NCBI GenBank assembly: GCA_942493105.1
Contig: OW818668.1
Span: forward strand, 210,001-242,000
From: an uncultured Erysipelotrichaceae bacterium
GTDB lineage: Bacteria; Bacillota_I; Bacilli_A; Erysipelotrichales; Erysipelotrichaceae
Reading direction: 5' to 3'
DNA: 32,000 bases
Shown here: in pieces, positions 1 through 9,630 of the stretch
Layout: each line of letters starts with the position of its first letter
How positions within the stretch are numbered: position 1 is the first letter of the stretch
Notes under the pieces: generated by a model
Database searches by the model: none
What the model saw: the letters and a program-made list of their open reading frames with translations, nothing else
Told to the model about the DNA's origin: nothing
Translations under genes and position numbers: made by a program

Positions 1-1
1 A

Positions 2-1084
2 AAACCAGTCGATCCAAAACCTGATCCAGAGTTAACGTTGAAGTTAACCATTAAAACAGGTGATGCTGGCTTGAAACTGACGTGGACAAAGGAAACTGAT
101 GAAAATCTTCGTGGAGTCAAGATCGTTATTTCAGAGTCTAATCCTAAACCATCTTATCCTGATGATGGCTATCTAGCTTGGATTACTGACCCAAATGTTA
201 CCTCACTATTGATTGATGGTTCAGAAACCTATAATGGTGGGGATATCGATGGGTCACTTAAGAGCGATACTACTTATTACTTTACAGTTACTTATGTCTA
301 TGAAGATAAAAAAATAACGACCTCTACTGTCACCTACAAGACCCCCTCCTTCCTCACTCAAGATGACGAAGAATTGCCTGTTGATCCTGAGTCATTGGCA
401 CTAACCATCATAACTTTAGATGATTCTTTGCAGTTGAGTTGGACACCTGAACCAAGTAAATCTCTTTTAGGGTATAAGGTTGTCATCTCTGAATCCAATC
501 CTAACCCTTCTTATCCTAATGATGGTTATTTAAAATGGATCACTGATCGTGCTCAGACCTCACTCACTATTGATAACGCAGAATCCTATAATGGCGGAGA
601 TATCAATGGGACACTTAAAGGGGATACGATCTATTACTTTACCATTACCTATGTCTATGCGGATGAAAAAGTAACGACCTCAACTGTAACCTTTAAGACA
701 CCATCTTCCTTCTCTCAAGATGAAGAAGAACAGCCAATAGATCCTGAATCCTTGGAGTTGATTTATAAAATTTGGGATAATACTGTTCAATTGAGTTGGA
801 CACCTGAACCCAGTAAATCTCTGTTAGGGTATAAAGTTGTCATATCTGAATCCAATCCTAACCCTTCTTATCCAGACGATGGTTATCTTAGATGGATCAC
901 CAACTGGGAAGAAAATTCAATAATTATCGATAACTCCGAATCCTACAATGGAGGCGACATCAACAGTTACCTCAAACCTAATACCAATTACTATCTAGCC
1001 ATCACCTATATTTATCAAGACCACAAGGTTACTACTGACCCAATTGTGGTGCTAACGCCCGCAACTTTACATACAAACCGATAG
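2..1084 (+). CDS. Surface/secreted protein, C-terminal part with three tandem ~119-aa Fn3-like repeats (5' end outside window)
   Basis: The reading frame is open from the window start, and the TTG at 38 in the ORF track is not the true start. Three 357-nt units (17-373, 374-730, 731-1081) each encode LxLSWTPEP..GYKVVISESNPNPSYPxDGY..YYFTITYVY. A hairpin terminator follows. Confidence 0.75.
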   Translation, partial: KPVDPKPDPELTLKLTIKTGDAGLKLTWTKETDENLRGVKIVISESNPKPSYPDDGYLAWITDPNVTSLLIDGSETYNGGDIDGSLKSDTTYYFTVTYVYEDKKITTSTVTYKTPSFLTQDDEELPVDPESLALTIITLDDSLQLSWTPEPSKSLLGYKVVISESNPNPSYPNDGYLKWITDRAQTSLTIDNAESYNGGDINGTLKGDTIYYFTITYVYADEKVTTSTVTFKTPSSFSQDEEEQPIDPESLELIYKIWDNTVQLSWTPEPSKSLLGYKVVISESNPNPSYPDDGYLRWITNWEENSIIIDNSESYNGGDINSYLKPNTNYYLAITYIYQDHKVTTDPIVVLTPATLHTNR

Positions 1085-1100
1085 TTAAACAATGATACAG

Positions 1101-1129
1101 AAAAACCATGATATAAAATGGTTTTTTTC
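1101..1129 (+). terminator. Rho-independent terminator
   Basis: AAAAACCAT-gatataa-AATGGTTTTT stem followed by a T-run, 17 nt after the stop codon. Confidence 0.7.
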
Positions 1130-1230
1130 TGCTTAAATATTGGGTTTTGTCGTGTTGTGTTTGACCTATAGTTTTGATAGAATGTGTTTAAATTAGATGA
1201 CATATCGCACATGCGCGGAAAGGGATCATC

Positions 1231-1917
1231 ATGAAGAAGAAGAGACATATCTTACGCAATATTTTCTTGGTTATTGTATTGCTTATCGTTATAGTCGTTG
1301 GCATGTTTTTTATCCCAAAAACAGTCAATGTTGCTTACACAGATAATGATCTTCAATCCTATTTGGACAAAGGTGGCATTACCTTAGATGAAAACAGTGC
1401 CAGTATTGAAGACATCTTTTTTGGGAATTATGTTTCTAAAGGAAGACGCTCTGTTGAGGGGGTCATCACCAGTGCCGAAGCCACAGCCATTCTTAATAAA
1501 GTTGCGGATGGAAACAGTATCTTAACCAACATTCGTGTTAAATTTGTCGGGGACAACAAATACATTGCTTCAGCTCAAATCGGCAGTGATTTCAGTATGG
1601 TCTATGATAGATTTCCTGCTGCGAAAGATTATTCTGGTTGGATCGATACGACCTTAAAAGGACGCTCGATCTATGGAGAAGGCACTTTGATTCAGGGCTC
1701 AAATAAGCCATTTGAAGCAACTTTCACCAACATCTCTGTTGGTTATATCCCTTTACCTGTTGATCAAGCCAATAACTACGGAACTGCTTTAGGAACAGAA
1801 ATGAATCGTATCTTTCAAACATTACCAGGGTTCAGTATGCAAAGCTTTAAGATTGATAAAGAAGGCCTTCATTTTAAAGGGACCATTCCAACAGAAATTG
1901 AAGCGCTCGGTTCTTAA
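1231..1917 (+). CDS. Membrane-anchored hypothetical protein (single N-terminal TM helix)
   Basis: RBS GAAAGGGA lies upstream of the ATG. A basic N-terminus is followed by a hydrophobic helix (IFLVIVLLIVIVVGMFFI). No family recognised. Confidence 0.6.
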   Translation: MKKKRHILRNIFLVIVLLIVIVVGMFFIPKTVNVAYTDNDLQSYLDKGGITLDENSASIEDIFFGNYVSKGRRSVEGVITSAEATAILNKVADGNSILTNIRVKFVGDNKYIASAQIGSDFSMVYDRFPAAKDYSGWIDTTLKGRSIYGEGTLIQGSNKPFEATFTNISVGYIPLPVDQANNYGTALGTEMNRIFQTLPGFSMQSFKIDKEGLHFKGTIPTEIEALGS

Positions 1918-3469
1918 TTCCTTCTCTTAAACCATTCATATCGATCTTACGCATTTCATTGATGGGCATTGCTTTTATAATAAAAAACTTTTGAGGTTGA
2001 GTCCAGCCATCCAGTTCTTTTAGAATCTGGGTGGTTTCTTTTTGGATGACCATGAGATCTGTGTTTTCTTTAACGGTTAAGACGACTGTAAGGATATCAT
2101 CTTCCCCGACCAGTACTCTGGCTTCTTGTATCCCATCGACTTGCATTAAACAATTGATGATCACATGAGGGCTGATCAAGAACCCTTTGACTTTGATCAG
2201 ATCATCACAACGATGATGAAAATGAAGGATGCCCTGCTCATCAAGATGACCGATATCTCCACTGCGATAAGCCAAAGCTCCATCACACTGAATTAAAACA
2301 CGCTTGTTTTCTTCCTCATTATCAAAGTAACCATTCATCAAGATAGGTCCACTGATGAGAATTTCCCCAGCTTCATTTTCTTTAGCAAGCTCCCCATCTT
2401 CTTTGAGGATCTTGATTGAATTTCCATTAAAAGGAAGTCCTACTCCAGCTTTTCCAGAAGCCCCAGTAGGCATCAATGTCACTGCGGTAACCGTTTCTGT
2501 ACAACCATATCCAACTTGAACTTTGGCTCTTGAACCTTGCCTAAGCAAGACCTTATTAAAATCATCGATGAGTGATAGTGAAACACTTTCTCCCCCAACA
2601 AACACCTGTTTCACAAAAGATAAATCTGCACTTGTAAAGCGAGGGTCACTTAAAAACACTTTTAACAGATAAGGAACTGCCGCAATATAGGTTGGTTTTT
2701 CCTTGAGAAAGGTCTTGATGATGGTACCCTTGGTTAATCTGGGGACCAAGATACAGCGTCCTCCCAATGTCAAAACGGTATGCATGGATATGCCCAAACC
2801 AAATCCATGAAAGAAAGGCAAGACACAAAACATGGAGTCGCTTCCTCGCTCTGGATGAATCACCTTTTCCATTTGATCGACCAAAGCATTGAATGCTTTA
2901 TCACTCAGTCTTATGGCTTTTTGTTGTCCGCTGGATCCGCTGGAAAATAGAATGACCGCATCTTCTAAAGACTTTGTTTCATAATCGTTGTGATCAGGAG
3001 CTACTTTATCCCAACCAAGTGCTTGGGATGATGAGAACGCTTGTTTAAGTTTTAAACCTAAAGATAATGGTCCTTTGACACTGTGTGAGGCAGATACAAT
3101 AACAATTTTGAATTCATCCAAGTGCTTTTCATAGCGTTTCTCAAGTAGATCTAAAATAAAAACAGCATCACACTCAACTAGACTACAACGTTGTTTAAGA
3201 GTCACGCCTGAGCTTAATGGATGAAGCATGACTACTGTGATCCCTAAGGCATTCAGTGCATAAAATAGAACCACTGTCTCTGCGATATTTGGTAAAACCA
3301 AAGCTACTTTATCACCACTTCTTAAACCTAAGCCAAGGCATTTCTGTTTAGCTTGTTCAATGGCTATAATCAACCATGCATAAGAAAAATGCTGATCATT
3401 GATAGATAAGGCGATCTCGTCAGGATATTGAGTAGCGATGGAGTTGACACGATCACTCATCGAAGGCAT
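1874..3469 (-). CDS. AMP-dependent synthetase/ligase (ANL superfamily, acyl-CoA synthetase-like)
   Basis: Motifs SSGSSGQQKA, GYGCTET, YRSGDIG and IKVKG are present. I moved the start from the track position 3589 to ATG 3469, which has a GGAGGA RBS 5 nt upstream and overlaps the upstream gene's stop by 17 nt. Confidence 0.85.
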   Translation of the reverse strand: MPSMSDRVNSIATQYPDEIALSINDQHFSYAWLIIAIEQAKQKCLGLGLRSGDKVALVLPNIAETVVLFYALNALGITVVMLHPLSSGVTLKQRCSLVECDAVFILDLLEKRYEKHLDEFKIVIVSASHSVKGPLSLGLKLKQAFSSSQALGWDKVAPDHNDYETKSLEDAVILFSSGSSGQQKAIRLSDKAFNALVDQMEKVIHPERGSDSMFCVLPFFHGFGLGISMHTVLTLGGRCILVPRLTKGTIIKTFLKEKPTYIAAVPYLLKVFLSDPRFTSADLSFVKQVFVGGESVSLSLIDDFNKVLLRQGSRAKVQVGYGCTETVTAVTLMPTGASGKAGVGLPFNGNSIKILKEDGELAKENEAGEILISGPILMNGYFDNEEENKRVLIQCDGALAYRSGDIGHLDEQGILHFHHRCDDLIKVKGFLISPHVIINCLMQVDGIQEARVLVGEDDILTVVLTVKENTDLMVIQKETTQILKELDGWTQPQKFFIIKAMPINEMRKIDMNGLREGIKNRALQFLLEWSL

Positions 3470-4217
3470 AAGGATCCTCCAAGATGGCTTTAAACGTATC
3501 AATGGCTTTGAAAAAGGCAACACCTTCACCAATTCTTTCATCGATGGAGAATGTGATGTCGATGTGTCCATCCATACTGAGTTCACCAACTGTCATCACT
3601 AGAGAACAAGTTCCCCAATTAAACAAATGATGATACACACTTTGGCCTTTGATGCTTCCAAGATTCGCAATGACTAGCCCTGTATGAAGTGGATCAGAAT
3701 TGATGATCGCATTGGGTAACAGATCCATTCGATCAAGAAAACTTGTAAGCTTGATGGCGATTGAAAATATAAATCCAGGTAAATGAGATAAAAATCTCAT
3801 TAGTTTATCAGTATTATGAATCTTACTTGAGCGTGTTTCAGAAATAAGACCATCCATCAAATTCTGAACATCCATGGCCTTCATGCCTTCTTTGAGTTCA
3901 AACTTTACGAAATGATTGGTATTTTCATCCGTCTTGTCTTTTTTGATGACCGTAGAAATCCATAAACGTTTATGTTCATACACTTTTTGTCCCATCACAA
4001 AACGTTTCATCACAGGATTTCTCTGAACCGTAATCAAACAAGCATATAAAACAAACGAAAAGAAGCGGAGATTTTTTTCTTTTAGATAAGTCCTTAGATT
4101 TGGATTATGAATATGTATACTCATGAAAATAGCTGCATCATTGCGTTTGGGCATGATCAGCATTTCTGTACGATCATAAGATCTTACACTGGCTTTGATT
4201 CGATCGAATTTGTTCAT
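3453..4217 (-). CDS. Acyltransferase resembling the 2-oxoacid dehydrogenase E2 catalytic domain (CAT-like fold)
   Basis: The C-terminal segment ITFSIDERIGEGVAFFKAIDTFKAILEDP aligns by eye with the E2 DHRxxDG..F...L..lEdP region, with His replaced by Glu. The gene is translationally coupled to the ligase gene. Confidence 0.5.
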   Translation of the reverse strand: MNKFDRIKASVRSYDRTEMLIMPKRNDAAIFMSIHIHNPNLRTYLKEKNLRFFSFVLYACLITVQRNPVMKRFVMGQKVYEHKRLWISTVIKKDKTDENTNHFVKFELKEGMKAMDVQNLMDGLISETRSSKIHNTDKLMRFLSHLPGFIFSIAIKLTSFLDRMDLLPNAIINSDPLHTGLVIANLGSIKGQSVYHHLFNWGTCSLVMTVGELSMDGHIDITFSIDERIGEGVAFFKAIDTFKAILEDPYAFDE

Positions 4218-4244
4218 AGAGTTGACTCGCTTGTCTCTATTGTA

Positions 4245-4279
4245 TCAAAACAGCTCAACTTTCGTTGAGCTGTTTTGAT
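4245..4279 (-). terminator. Strong hairpin, probable terminator after the YciI-like gene
   Basis: 14-bp perfect stem CAAAACAGCTCAAC-tttc-GTTGAGCTGTTTTG between convergently ending and starting minus-strand genes. The U-tract is partly inside the stem. Confidence 0.55.
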
Positions 4280-4343
4280 GATTTTATCTTAAAAACAAGA
4301 AGAAACTTAGATATCCTACATGACTTACATTAGCATCATTTAA

Positions 4344-4697
4344 CTACTCAAATACTTGGCGTAATTCAATCTGCCCTTCTCCATACCCAATGGGATCAGG
4401 CATCTTTCTAGCCCACATGATGGCTTCTTCTCTAGATTTTACATCAATCAAAATAAAGCCAGAAATAAGTTCTTTTACATCTGTAAAGGGTCCATACGTA
4501 ACAACGGGTTCTTGACCTAAAATCGGATAAGTAAAACGGATCGCATTTGAACTAGGGTGAAGGCCTTTTGCCATAATCCGTACACCAGCTTTAATCAACT
4601 CATCATTATAATCTGACATGGCTTCTTCGAGTCCTAAACTAGGAGAAGCTCCAGCTTCTGAATGCTTTGATGCTTTAACAATCAACATAAATAGCAT
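4344..4697 (-). CDS. YciI-like (YCII domain) protein
   Basis: 117 aa with an MLFMLIV.. start, GPF..KELISGFILIDVKSREEAIMWARKMP (typical YCII signature) and RBS AAAGGGG. Confidence 0.7.
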   Translation of the reverse strand: MLFMLIVKASKHSEAGASPSLGLEEAMSDYNDELIKAGVRIMAKGLHPSSNAIRFTYPILGQEPVVTYGPFTDVKELISGFILIDVKSREEAIMWARKMPDPIGYGEGQIELRQVFE

Positions 4698-5173
4698 ATA
4701 TTACCCCTTTCATTGAGTCGTTATACTTTTAATAAAATAAATCCAAATAGATTCAAGATTTGATCAATTGCTTTATATGCAGCTGAACAAACGGACGCTT
4801 TATTTCAAACAAAGATATCACTCAAATTGGTTTATATTCAAAAATGCCTCAGAAATATAATTAGGAGTACCATGTGTCATCGATAAATTTCCACGGCTTT
4901 GATAATCGGTCAAATATTTTCTTCGTAATTCGCATAAATTTTCCTCTTTTAAACATCTTATCATTGTTTTACAAAAACTGATTTAAATGTATTAATTTTA
5001 ATCTAAAAAACAACTTTTAGAATGACTTTATATATCACAATGGCATCTTCTGTAGGATTTGCTTATCATAAGTCAGTCTAATTTAATGATATTCAAAGAT
5101 AAAATAATGGAGTAAGTATAACCTTGTTTTAGGCTTATAATTTAAATATGTTGGGTCTAAATTTGGCCCAAAA

Positions 5174-6370
5174 ATGGACCCCATGAAAACAAGAAAAAAC
5201 ATCAAAAACAATGAAATGCTTTCCATCCTAGGTTATGGCTGTATGCGACTTCCAAAAAAAGGCAATGCGATCGATGAAGAAGAATCAGAGAAGTTGATTG
5301 TTTCTGCGATTGAGCGTGGCGTAAACTACTTTGATACAGCTTATGTCTATCAAAATGGCAAAAGCGAGCTTGTATTAGGCAAGATTTTAGCGAAGGGTTA
5401 TCGAGATAAAATCAACATCGCAACTAAGATTCCTCCGTTTATGGTTCGTAAAACATCTGATTTTGATAAGATCTTCAATACTCAAATACAGCGACTTCAA
5501 ACAGATCATATCGACTATTATCTGATCCATATGTTGATGGAAGAAGCAACTTGGGAACGTCTAAAATCACTGGGTGTTTTAGAATGGATTGCCCATAAGA
5601 AAGAAACTGGACAGATCCGAAACATCGGTTTTTCCTTTCATGGAACCAAGCAGGAATTCGTTAAGATCATCGATGCCTATGACTGGGATTTCTGTCAGAT
5701 CCAATACAACTTCATTGATGAATTCAACCAAGCTGGTAAAAGCGGATTATTATATGCGACCAGTAAAGGTATCCCTGTTATCGTTATGGAACCCTTAAGA
5801 GGAGGTAAGATCGTTTTTGGATTACCTAAAGAAGTGGATGCGATCTGGAAAAAAATGATTCCACAGCGTACAGTGGTCGATTGGGCTTTGCGTTGGGTAT
5901 GGAATCAACCTCAAGTTCTGCTTTTACTTTCAGGTATGTCTGCTCAAGATCAAGTTGATGAAAATATCAGGATCGCCAATGAAGCTGAAGCCAATATGCT
6001 GACTGATGAAGAACTTTCACTATTCGATCAAGCTCGAGAAATCATCCGTGAGAAAACAAAAGTTCCTTGTACCGCATGCGGTTATTGTATGCCCTGTCCG
6101 CATGGTGTCGACATCCCTGCTGTCTTTGCCGCCTATAATGATAAATATCTCAATAATAAAGGATTCGGTGCGACATTCACCTACATGCAAAACACAGGAG
6201 CCATGACCAAACATCCTGCTTATGCCTCCTTATGTCAAAGTTGCCATGCTTGTGAACCGCATTGTCCACAAAGTATCATGATCAGTGATCGTATGAAAGA
6301 AGTCAAAGCAGATCTTGAAGGACCTTTCTTTAAACCGATTGTTTATTTAGGAAGTAAATTTATGGGATAG
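5174..6370 (+). CDS. Aldo/keto reductase with C-terminal 4Fe-4S cluster-binding motif
   Basis: AKR N-terminal pattern (GYGCMRLP, FDTAYVY, DHIDYYLIHM) plus CTACGYCMPCPHG and CQSCHACEPHCP cysteine clusters. Confidence 0.85.
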   Translation: MDPMKTRKNIKNNEMLSILGYGCMRLPKKGNAIDEEESEKLIVSAIERGVNYFDTAYVYQNGKSELVLGKILAKGYRDKINIATKIPPFMVRKTSDFDKIFNTQIQRLQTDHIDYYLIHMLMEEATWERLKSLGVLEWIAHKKETGQIRNIGFSFHGTKQEFVKIIDAYDWDFCQIQYNFIDEFNQAGKSGLLYATSKGIPVIVMEPLRGGKIVFGLPKEVDAIWKKMIPQRTVVDWALRWVWNQPQVLLLLSGMSAQDQVDENIRIANEAEANMLTDEELSLFDQAREIIREKTKVPCTACGYCMPCPHGVDIPAVFAAYNDKYLNNKGFGATFTYMQNTGAMTKHPAYASLCQSCHACEPHCPQSIMISDRMKEVKADLEGPFFKPIVYLGSKFMG

Positions 6371-6372
6371 TG

Positions 6373-6393
6373 AAGCACTTCGGTGCTTTTTTA
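6373..6393 (+). terminator. Rho-independent terminator
   Basis: AAGCAC-ttcg-GTGCTT followed by TTTTTAT, directly after the stop codon. Confidence 0.75.
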
Positions 6394-6520
6394 TTGGGTT
6401 GCCTTGTGATTATTTTTTAACTGGGATGAGTTCTATGAATATAGACTACAATGCATTTATCATGTGAATCCATATGATATGATGAATCATATCTAGTGAA
6501 ATTAACGGATTAGAATTCAC

Positions 6521-6542
6521 ATTGATCGTTTTATCGATCAAT
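6521..6542 (+). promoter_or_regulatory. 8-bp inverted repeat just upstream of the hydrolase RBS (possible operator)
   Basis: ATTGATCG-ttttat-CGATCAAT lies immediately 5' of AAAAGGGG-N6-ATG. Confidence 0.3.
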
Positions 6543-6555
6543 AAAAGGGGCACTC

Positions 6556-7371
6556 ATGGCCATCGCATCCATCAACGGCATCCATCTTTATTATGAAGAA
6601 AAAGGCAATCTTGAAAGTGAAAAGGTCATCCTATTTTTAAACGGGGTCATGGCTACAACTTCAAGTTGGAATCTTCAAGTGCCTATGTTTGAGAAACTTG
6701 GATTTCGCATCCTTCTGCATGATTTTAGAGGTCAGCTTAAATCCGATAAACCAAAGGGACCTTATACTTTTCATCAGCATGTTTTAGATGTGGTTGCGCT
6801 AATGGATCTTCACCACATCAAATCAGCTCATGTGGTGGGAACCTCCTATGGTGGTGAAGTTGCCATGAAAATGGCCATTGAACAACCATCACGAGTAAAA
6901 AGCTTAGCCATCATCGACTCTGTCAGTGAACTGGACACTGTACTTTCTGCTTTTGTTTATGGATGGAAAGATGCCGCAAAATCCAATGATGGTGAGCGAT
7001 TCTTTAAGTTGATGATGCCCTCAATTTACTCTGATACCTTCATTAAAAATAATGTTGACATGCTAAATAAAAGAACCCAAGCCATGAAAACGATGCCAGC
7101 AAGTTATTTCGAGGGCCAGATCGAATTATATGATACTTTTCTCAATGACGTCACCATGACATCTGAGTTGGATAAAATTGAATGTCCCACCTTGGTCGTC
7201 TGTGGTGAAAATGACATCTTAAAGCCCAGGAAGTTTTCACAGATCATTGCGGATGGGATCAAGAATTCAGAATATCTAATCATTCCAGACTGTGGACATG
7301 TTACGATCTTTGAAAAATCAGATGCACTCAATTCTGCGCTTCTTGGTTTCATCATCAAACAAAACAAATAG
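6556..7371 (+). CDS. Alpha/beta-fold hydrolase
   Basis: Nucleophile elbow GTSYGG, C-terminal DCGHV histidine motif, typical length of 271 aa, RBS AAGGGG. Confidence 0.85.
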   Translation: MAIASINGIHLYYEEKGNLESEKVILFLNGVMATTSSWNLQVPMFEKLGFRILLHDFRGQLKSDKPKGPYTFHQHVLDVVALMDLHHIKSAHVVGTSYGGEVAMKMAIEQPSRVKSLAIIDSVSELDTVLSAFVYGWKDAAKSNDGERFFKLMMPSIYSDTFIKNNVDMLNKRTQAMKTMPASYFEGQIELYDTFLNDVTMTSELDKIECPTLVVCGENDILKPRKFSQIIADGIKNSEYLIIPDCGHVTIFEKSDALNSALLGFIIKQNK

Positions 7372-7383
7372 CTTGAATATAAT

Positions 7384-7432
7384 AAAAAGTCTTTAATTAA
7401 ATGTTTGATCTTACATTTAATTAAAGACTTTT
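7384..7432. terminator. Bidirectional terminator between convergent genes
   Basis: ~20-bp stem AAAAAGTCTTTAATTAAATGT / ACATTTAATTAAAGACTTTTTT with A/T runs on both sides. Confidence 0.75.
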
Positions 7433-7518
7433 TTGACTCCAATATGATCCTAATACCTTACATGCAAACAATCTTGTCATAAAGACTTGAGACTTCACTT
7501 TTAAACATATACACAGCA

Positions 7519-8718
7519 CTATTCGTTATAACTAATCAATGCTGATTTAATTCTATACAATGCATCAATCACCTTCTGATCGTCTTTGAATACACCCAAA
7601 ACGATACGAAGATGACCTTCTCCTCCCGGACCATAATTGACTCCATCATTGATGGAAACTTTCGCTTCTTTCACTAAATAGTTAACGATTTTTGATGAGT
7701 TTCCTAACTTGGATACATTGATCCAACAAAGAAATCCGGATTCAGGCATCAGCATAGAGACATTGGGGATCGAGTTAATAATTTCAAAGGCTTTCTTTCG
7801 TCTTAGGTCATAAGACTTTTCAAAGATTTCCATATAACTTAAATCATTAAAGGCAGTCAAAACAACCGATTGTGAAACCGTATTGGTGGCCCCTATGACA
7901 GAAACTGCATTCGCAAATAAGCTGTCCATAATGACATCACTGCAAACGATATAACCGACTCTAAAGCCACTTAATCCCATGCCTTTGGATACTGAGAATA
8001 CGCTAACCGTTCTTTCAAACATACCAGGCAAAGACGCAGGAGTAATCATCTCGTTTTCAAAACAAAAATCTTCAAATGCTTGATCACACACCAAGATCAA
8101 ATCATGCTTAATGATAAACTTCGCTAAATCTTCCAAAGATTTCCGATTGAAGACCGTTGTGGTTGGATTATTGGGATGAGCCAATACCACCATCTTTGTT
8201 TTTTCAGTCACTCTCGATTCAAATTCTGTTATGTTAAGTTGATAGCCTTCTTCTTCACATAGGGGTACAGGGACTGCTTTAGCCCCCATGATTGCGGTAT
8301 TTAGAAAGTTGTTGGGATAACTAGGACTCGGGATCAAAACCTCATCTTGGGGCTTTAAAAAAGGCAACATGGCATAATATAGGCCAGCATCTGATCCTGG
8401 GGTAATGATGATATTTCGTTCAGGATCTACGTTTAGCTTATTAAATTCCCTTAATTTCTGAGCCAATCTCTTTTTCAGTAAAGCATTTCCTATTGGGGCT
8501 GTATAATGAGATGCTGAATCAAAATTAATGGCATCAATGGCTGCCAAACGTATGTGTTCAGGCAAACAGAAATCAGGCATAAAAGGATCCGCCCAACCCA
8601 TGAGTGCTACACCATTTCTTTCCATCTCCTGATAAGCATTTCCTACATCTGCTTTTTCTACGGATGAGAATAAGCCACCATTGGCATTTTTAAAAGCTTC
8701 GATCATTTTTTGTTTCAT
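7519..8718 (-). CDS. PLP-dependent aminotransferase, class I/II
   Basis: Contains SVSKGMGLSGFRVGY (PLP-lysine motif) and HPNNPTT. Start set at ATG 8718 (MKQKMIEAF) with an AAGGA RBS. The track start at 8745 lies in a terminator-like U-tract. Confidence 0.85.
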   Translation of the reverse strand: MKQKMIEAFKNANGGLFSSVEKADVGNAYQEMERNGVALMGWADPFMPDFCLPEHIRLAAIDAINFDSASHYTAPIGNALLKKRLAQKLREFNKLNVDPERNIIITPGSDAGLYYAMLPFLKPQDEVLIPSPSYPNNFLNTAIMGAKAVPVPLCEEEGYQLNITEFESRVTEKTKMVVLAHPNNPTTTVFNRKSLEDLAKFIIKHDLILVCDQAFEDFCFENEMITPASLPGMFERTVSVFSVSKGMGLSGFRVGYIVCSDVIMDSLFANAVSVIGATNTVSQSVVLTAFNDLSYMEIFEKSYDLRRKKAFEIINSIPNVSMLMPESGFLCWINVSKLGNSSKIVNYLVKEAKVSINDGVNYGPGGEGHLRIVLGVFKDDQKVIDALYRIKSALISYNE

Positions 8719-8734
8719 AGATTTCCTTCTTAAG

Positions 8735-8757
8735 AAAAAGGGCAATTATATATGCCC
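8735..8757 (-). terminator. Hairpin plus U-tract on the minus strand (terminator of the upstream operon or leader attenuator)
   Basis: The minus strand reads GGGCA-tatataat-TGCCC followed by TTTTTCTT. It ends 17 nt before the aminotransferase ATG. Confidence 0.5.
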
Positions 8758-8874
8758 ACTTTAACTTTATCATGACTTTCTAACAGGAGTAATAATATTT
8801 GCAGAATCTTTGATGGTATTCAAAGAGTTTTAATTTCCATAAAAACTTCAATTTTTCGATTAACTTAAATTAAT

Positions 8875-9630
8875 TTAAACCTCAATAAGATGATGAACTT
8901 GGTATTGTTCAACCAATTTTCCTTTATAAGAAATCGCGTTAACAGGACAATTATGAATGCATCTCGTACACATGATACATTTATTTGAATACTGCTTTGC
9001 TTTAAAATCAATATTGTTTTTCGGACAGTTTCTTTCACATTTTCCACATCCGATACAGTTGTCATTGATGTTAAAGTTCTTGCCTAAAGATTTTGCCATC
9101 AAACGAAAAACATCAGCCAAGAGATCCATCATCACGACGGATTGATCAATTTCTATAGGTTCACTCAAATCAACTTTATTGACTGAATCGTTAATAAGGT
9201 TTGCTGCTTTCTCAAACTGACGAATTTGTTGATCCTCTGGGGTTGGATCATACTTATCAATATAAAAATTGCGAGGCATTTCGAAAGTAGGCATAGCAAT
9301 GACATGATAACCCTTTTTGATGAGCTTCTTACCCATCGATACTACCCCATTGGCATTCTGCAGTCCTGCTGAACTGGTGAAGACAATGGCTTTTTTATTT
9401 GACACATTACGTTTAACATATTTTCTAATCCAGATGATAAGTTCATCCGGTACATTCCCTGCATAAATTGGACCACCGATAATCAAGAGATCATGGTCAG
9501 GAATTTCCTTTAATTTCTCTATAGATTGGTAAAGAACTTCATGACCATTCTTTTTTAGAACATGTTCATATCCCAAAGCGATGGCCTGTGTGTTACCCGT
9601 TCCACTAAAATAAGTTATGATTATTTTCAT
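8875..9630 (-). CDS. Flavodoxin-like domain fused to a 4Fe-4S dicluster ferredoxin domain
   Basis: N-terminus MKIIITYFSGTGNT (flavodoxin-type), C-terminus CIGCGKCERNCP and CIMCTRCIHNCP. ATG 9630 has a GAAGGAAAA RBS and forms an ATGA overlap with the MarR stop. Confidence 0.8.
   Translation of the reverse strand: MKIIITYFSGTGNTQAIALGYEHVLKKNGHEVLYQSIEKLKEIPDHDLLIIGGPIYAGNVPDELIIWIRKYVKRNVSNKKAIVFTSSAGLQNANGVVSMGKKLIKKGYHVIAMPTFEMPRNFYIDKYDPTPEDQQIRQFEKAANLINDSVNKVDLSEPIEIDQSVVMMDLLADVFRLMAKSLGKNFNINDNCIGCGKCERNCPKNNIDFKAKQYSNKCIMCTRCIHNCPVNAISYKGKLVEQYQVHHLIEV

Noticed and set aside
4698-5173. The 476-bp non-coding gap upstream of the aldo/keto reductase gene as a possible RNA gene, riboswitch or pseudogene.
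   Set aside because: I found no conserved riboswitch core, stable extended structure, repeat-module match or degraded ORF by eye. It is probably just an AT-rich promoter region, and I cannot exclude an sRNA without expression data.
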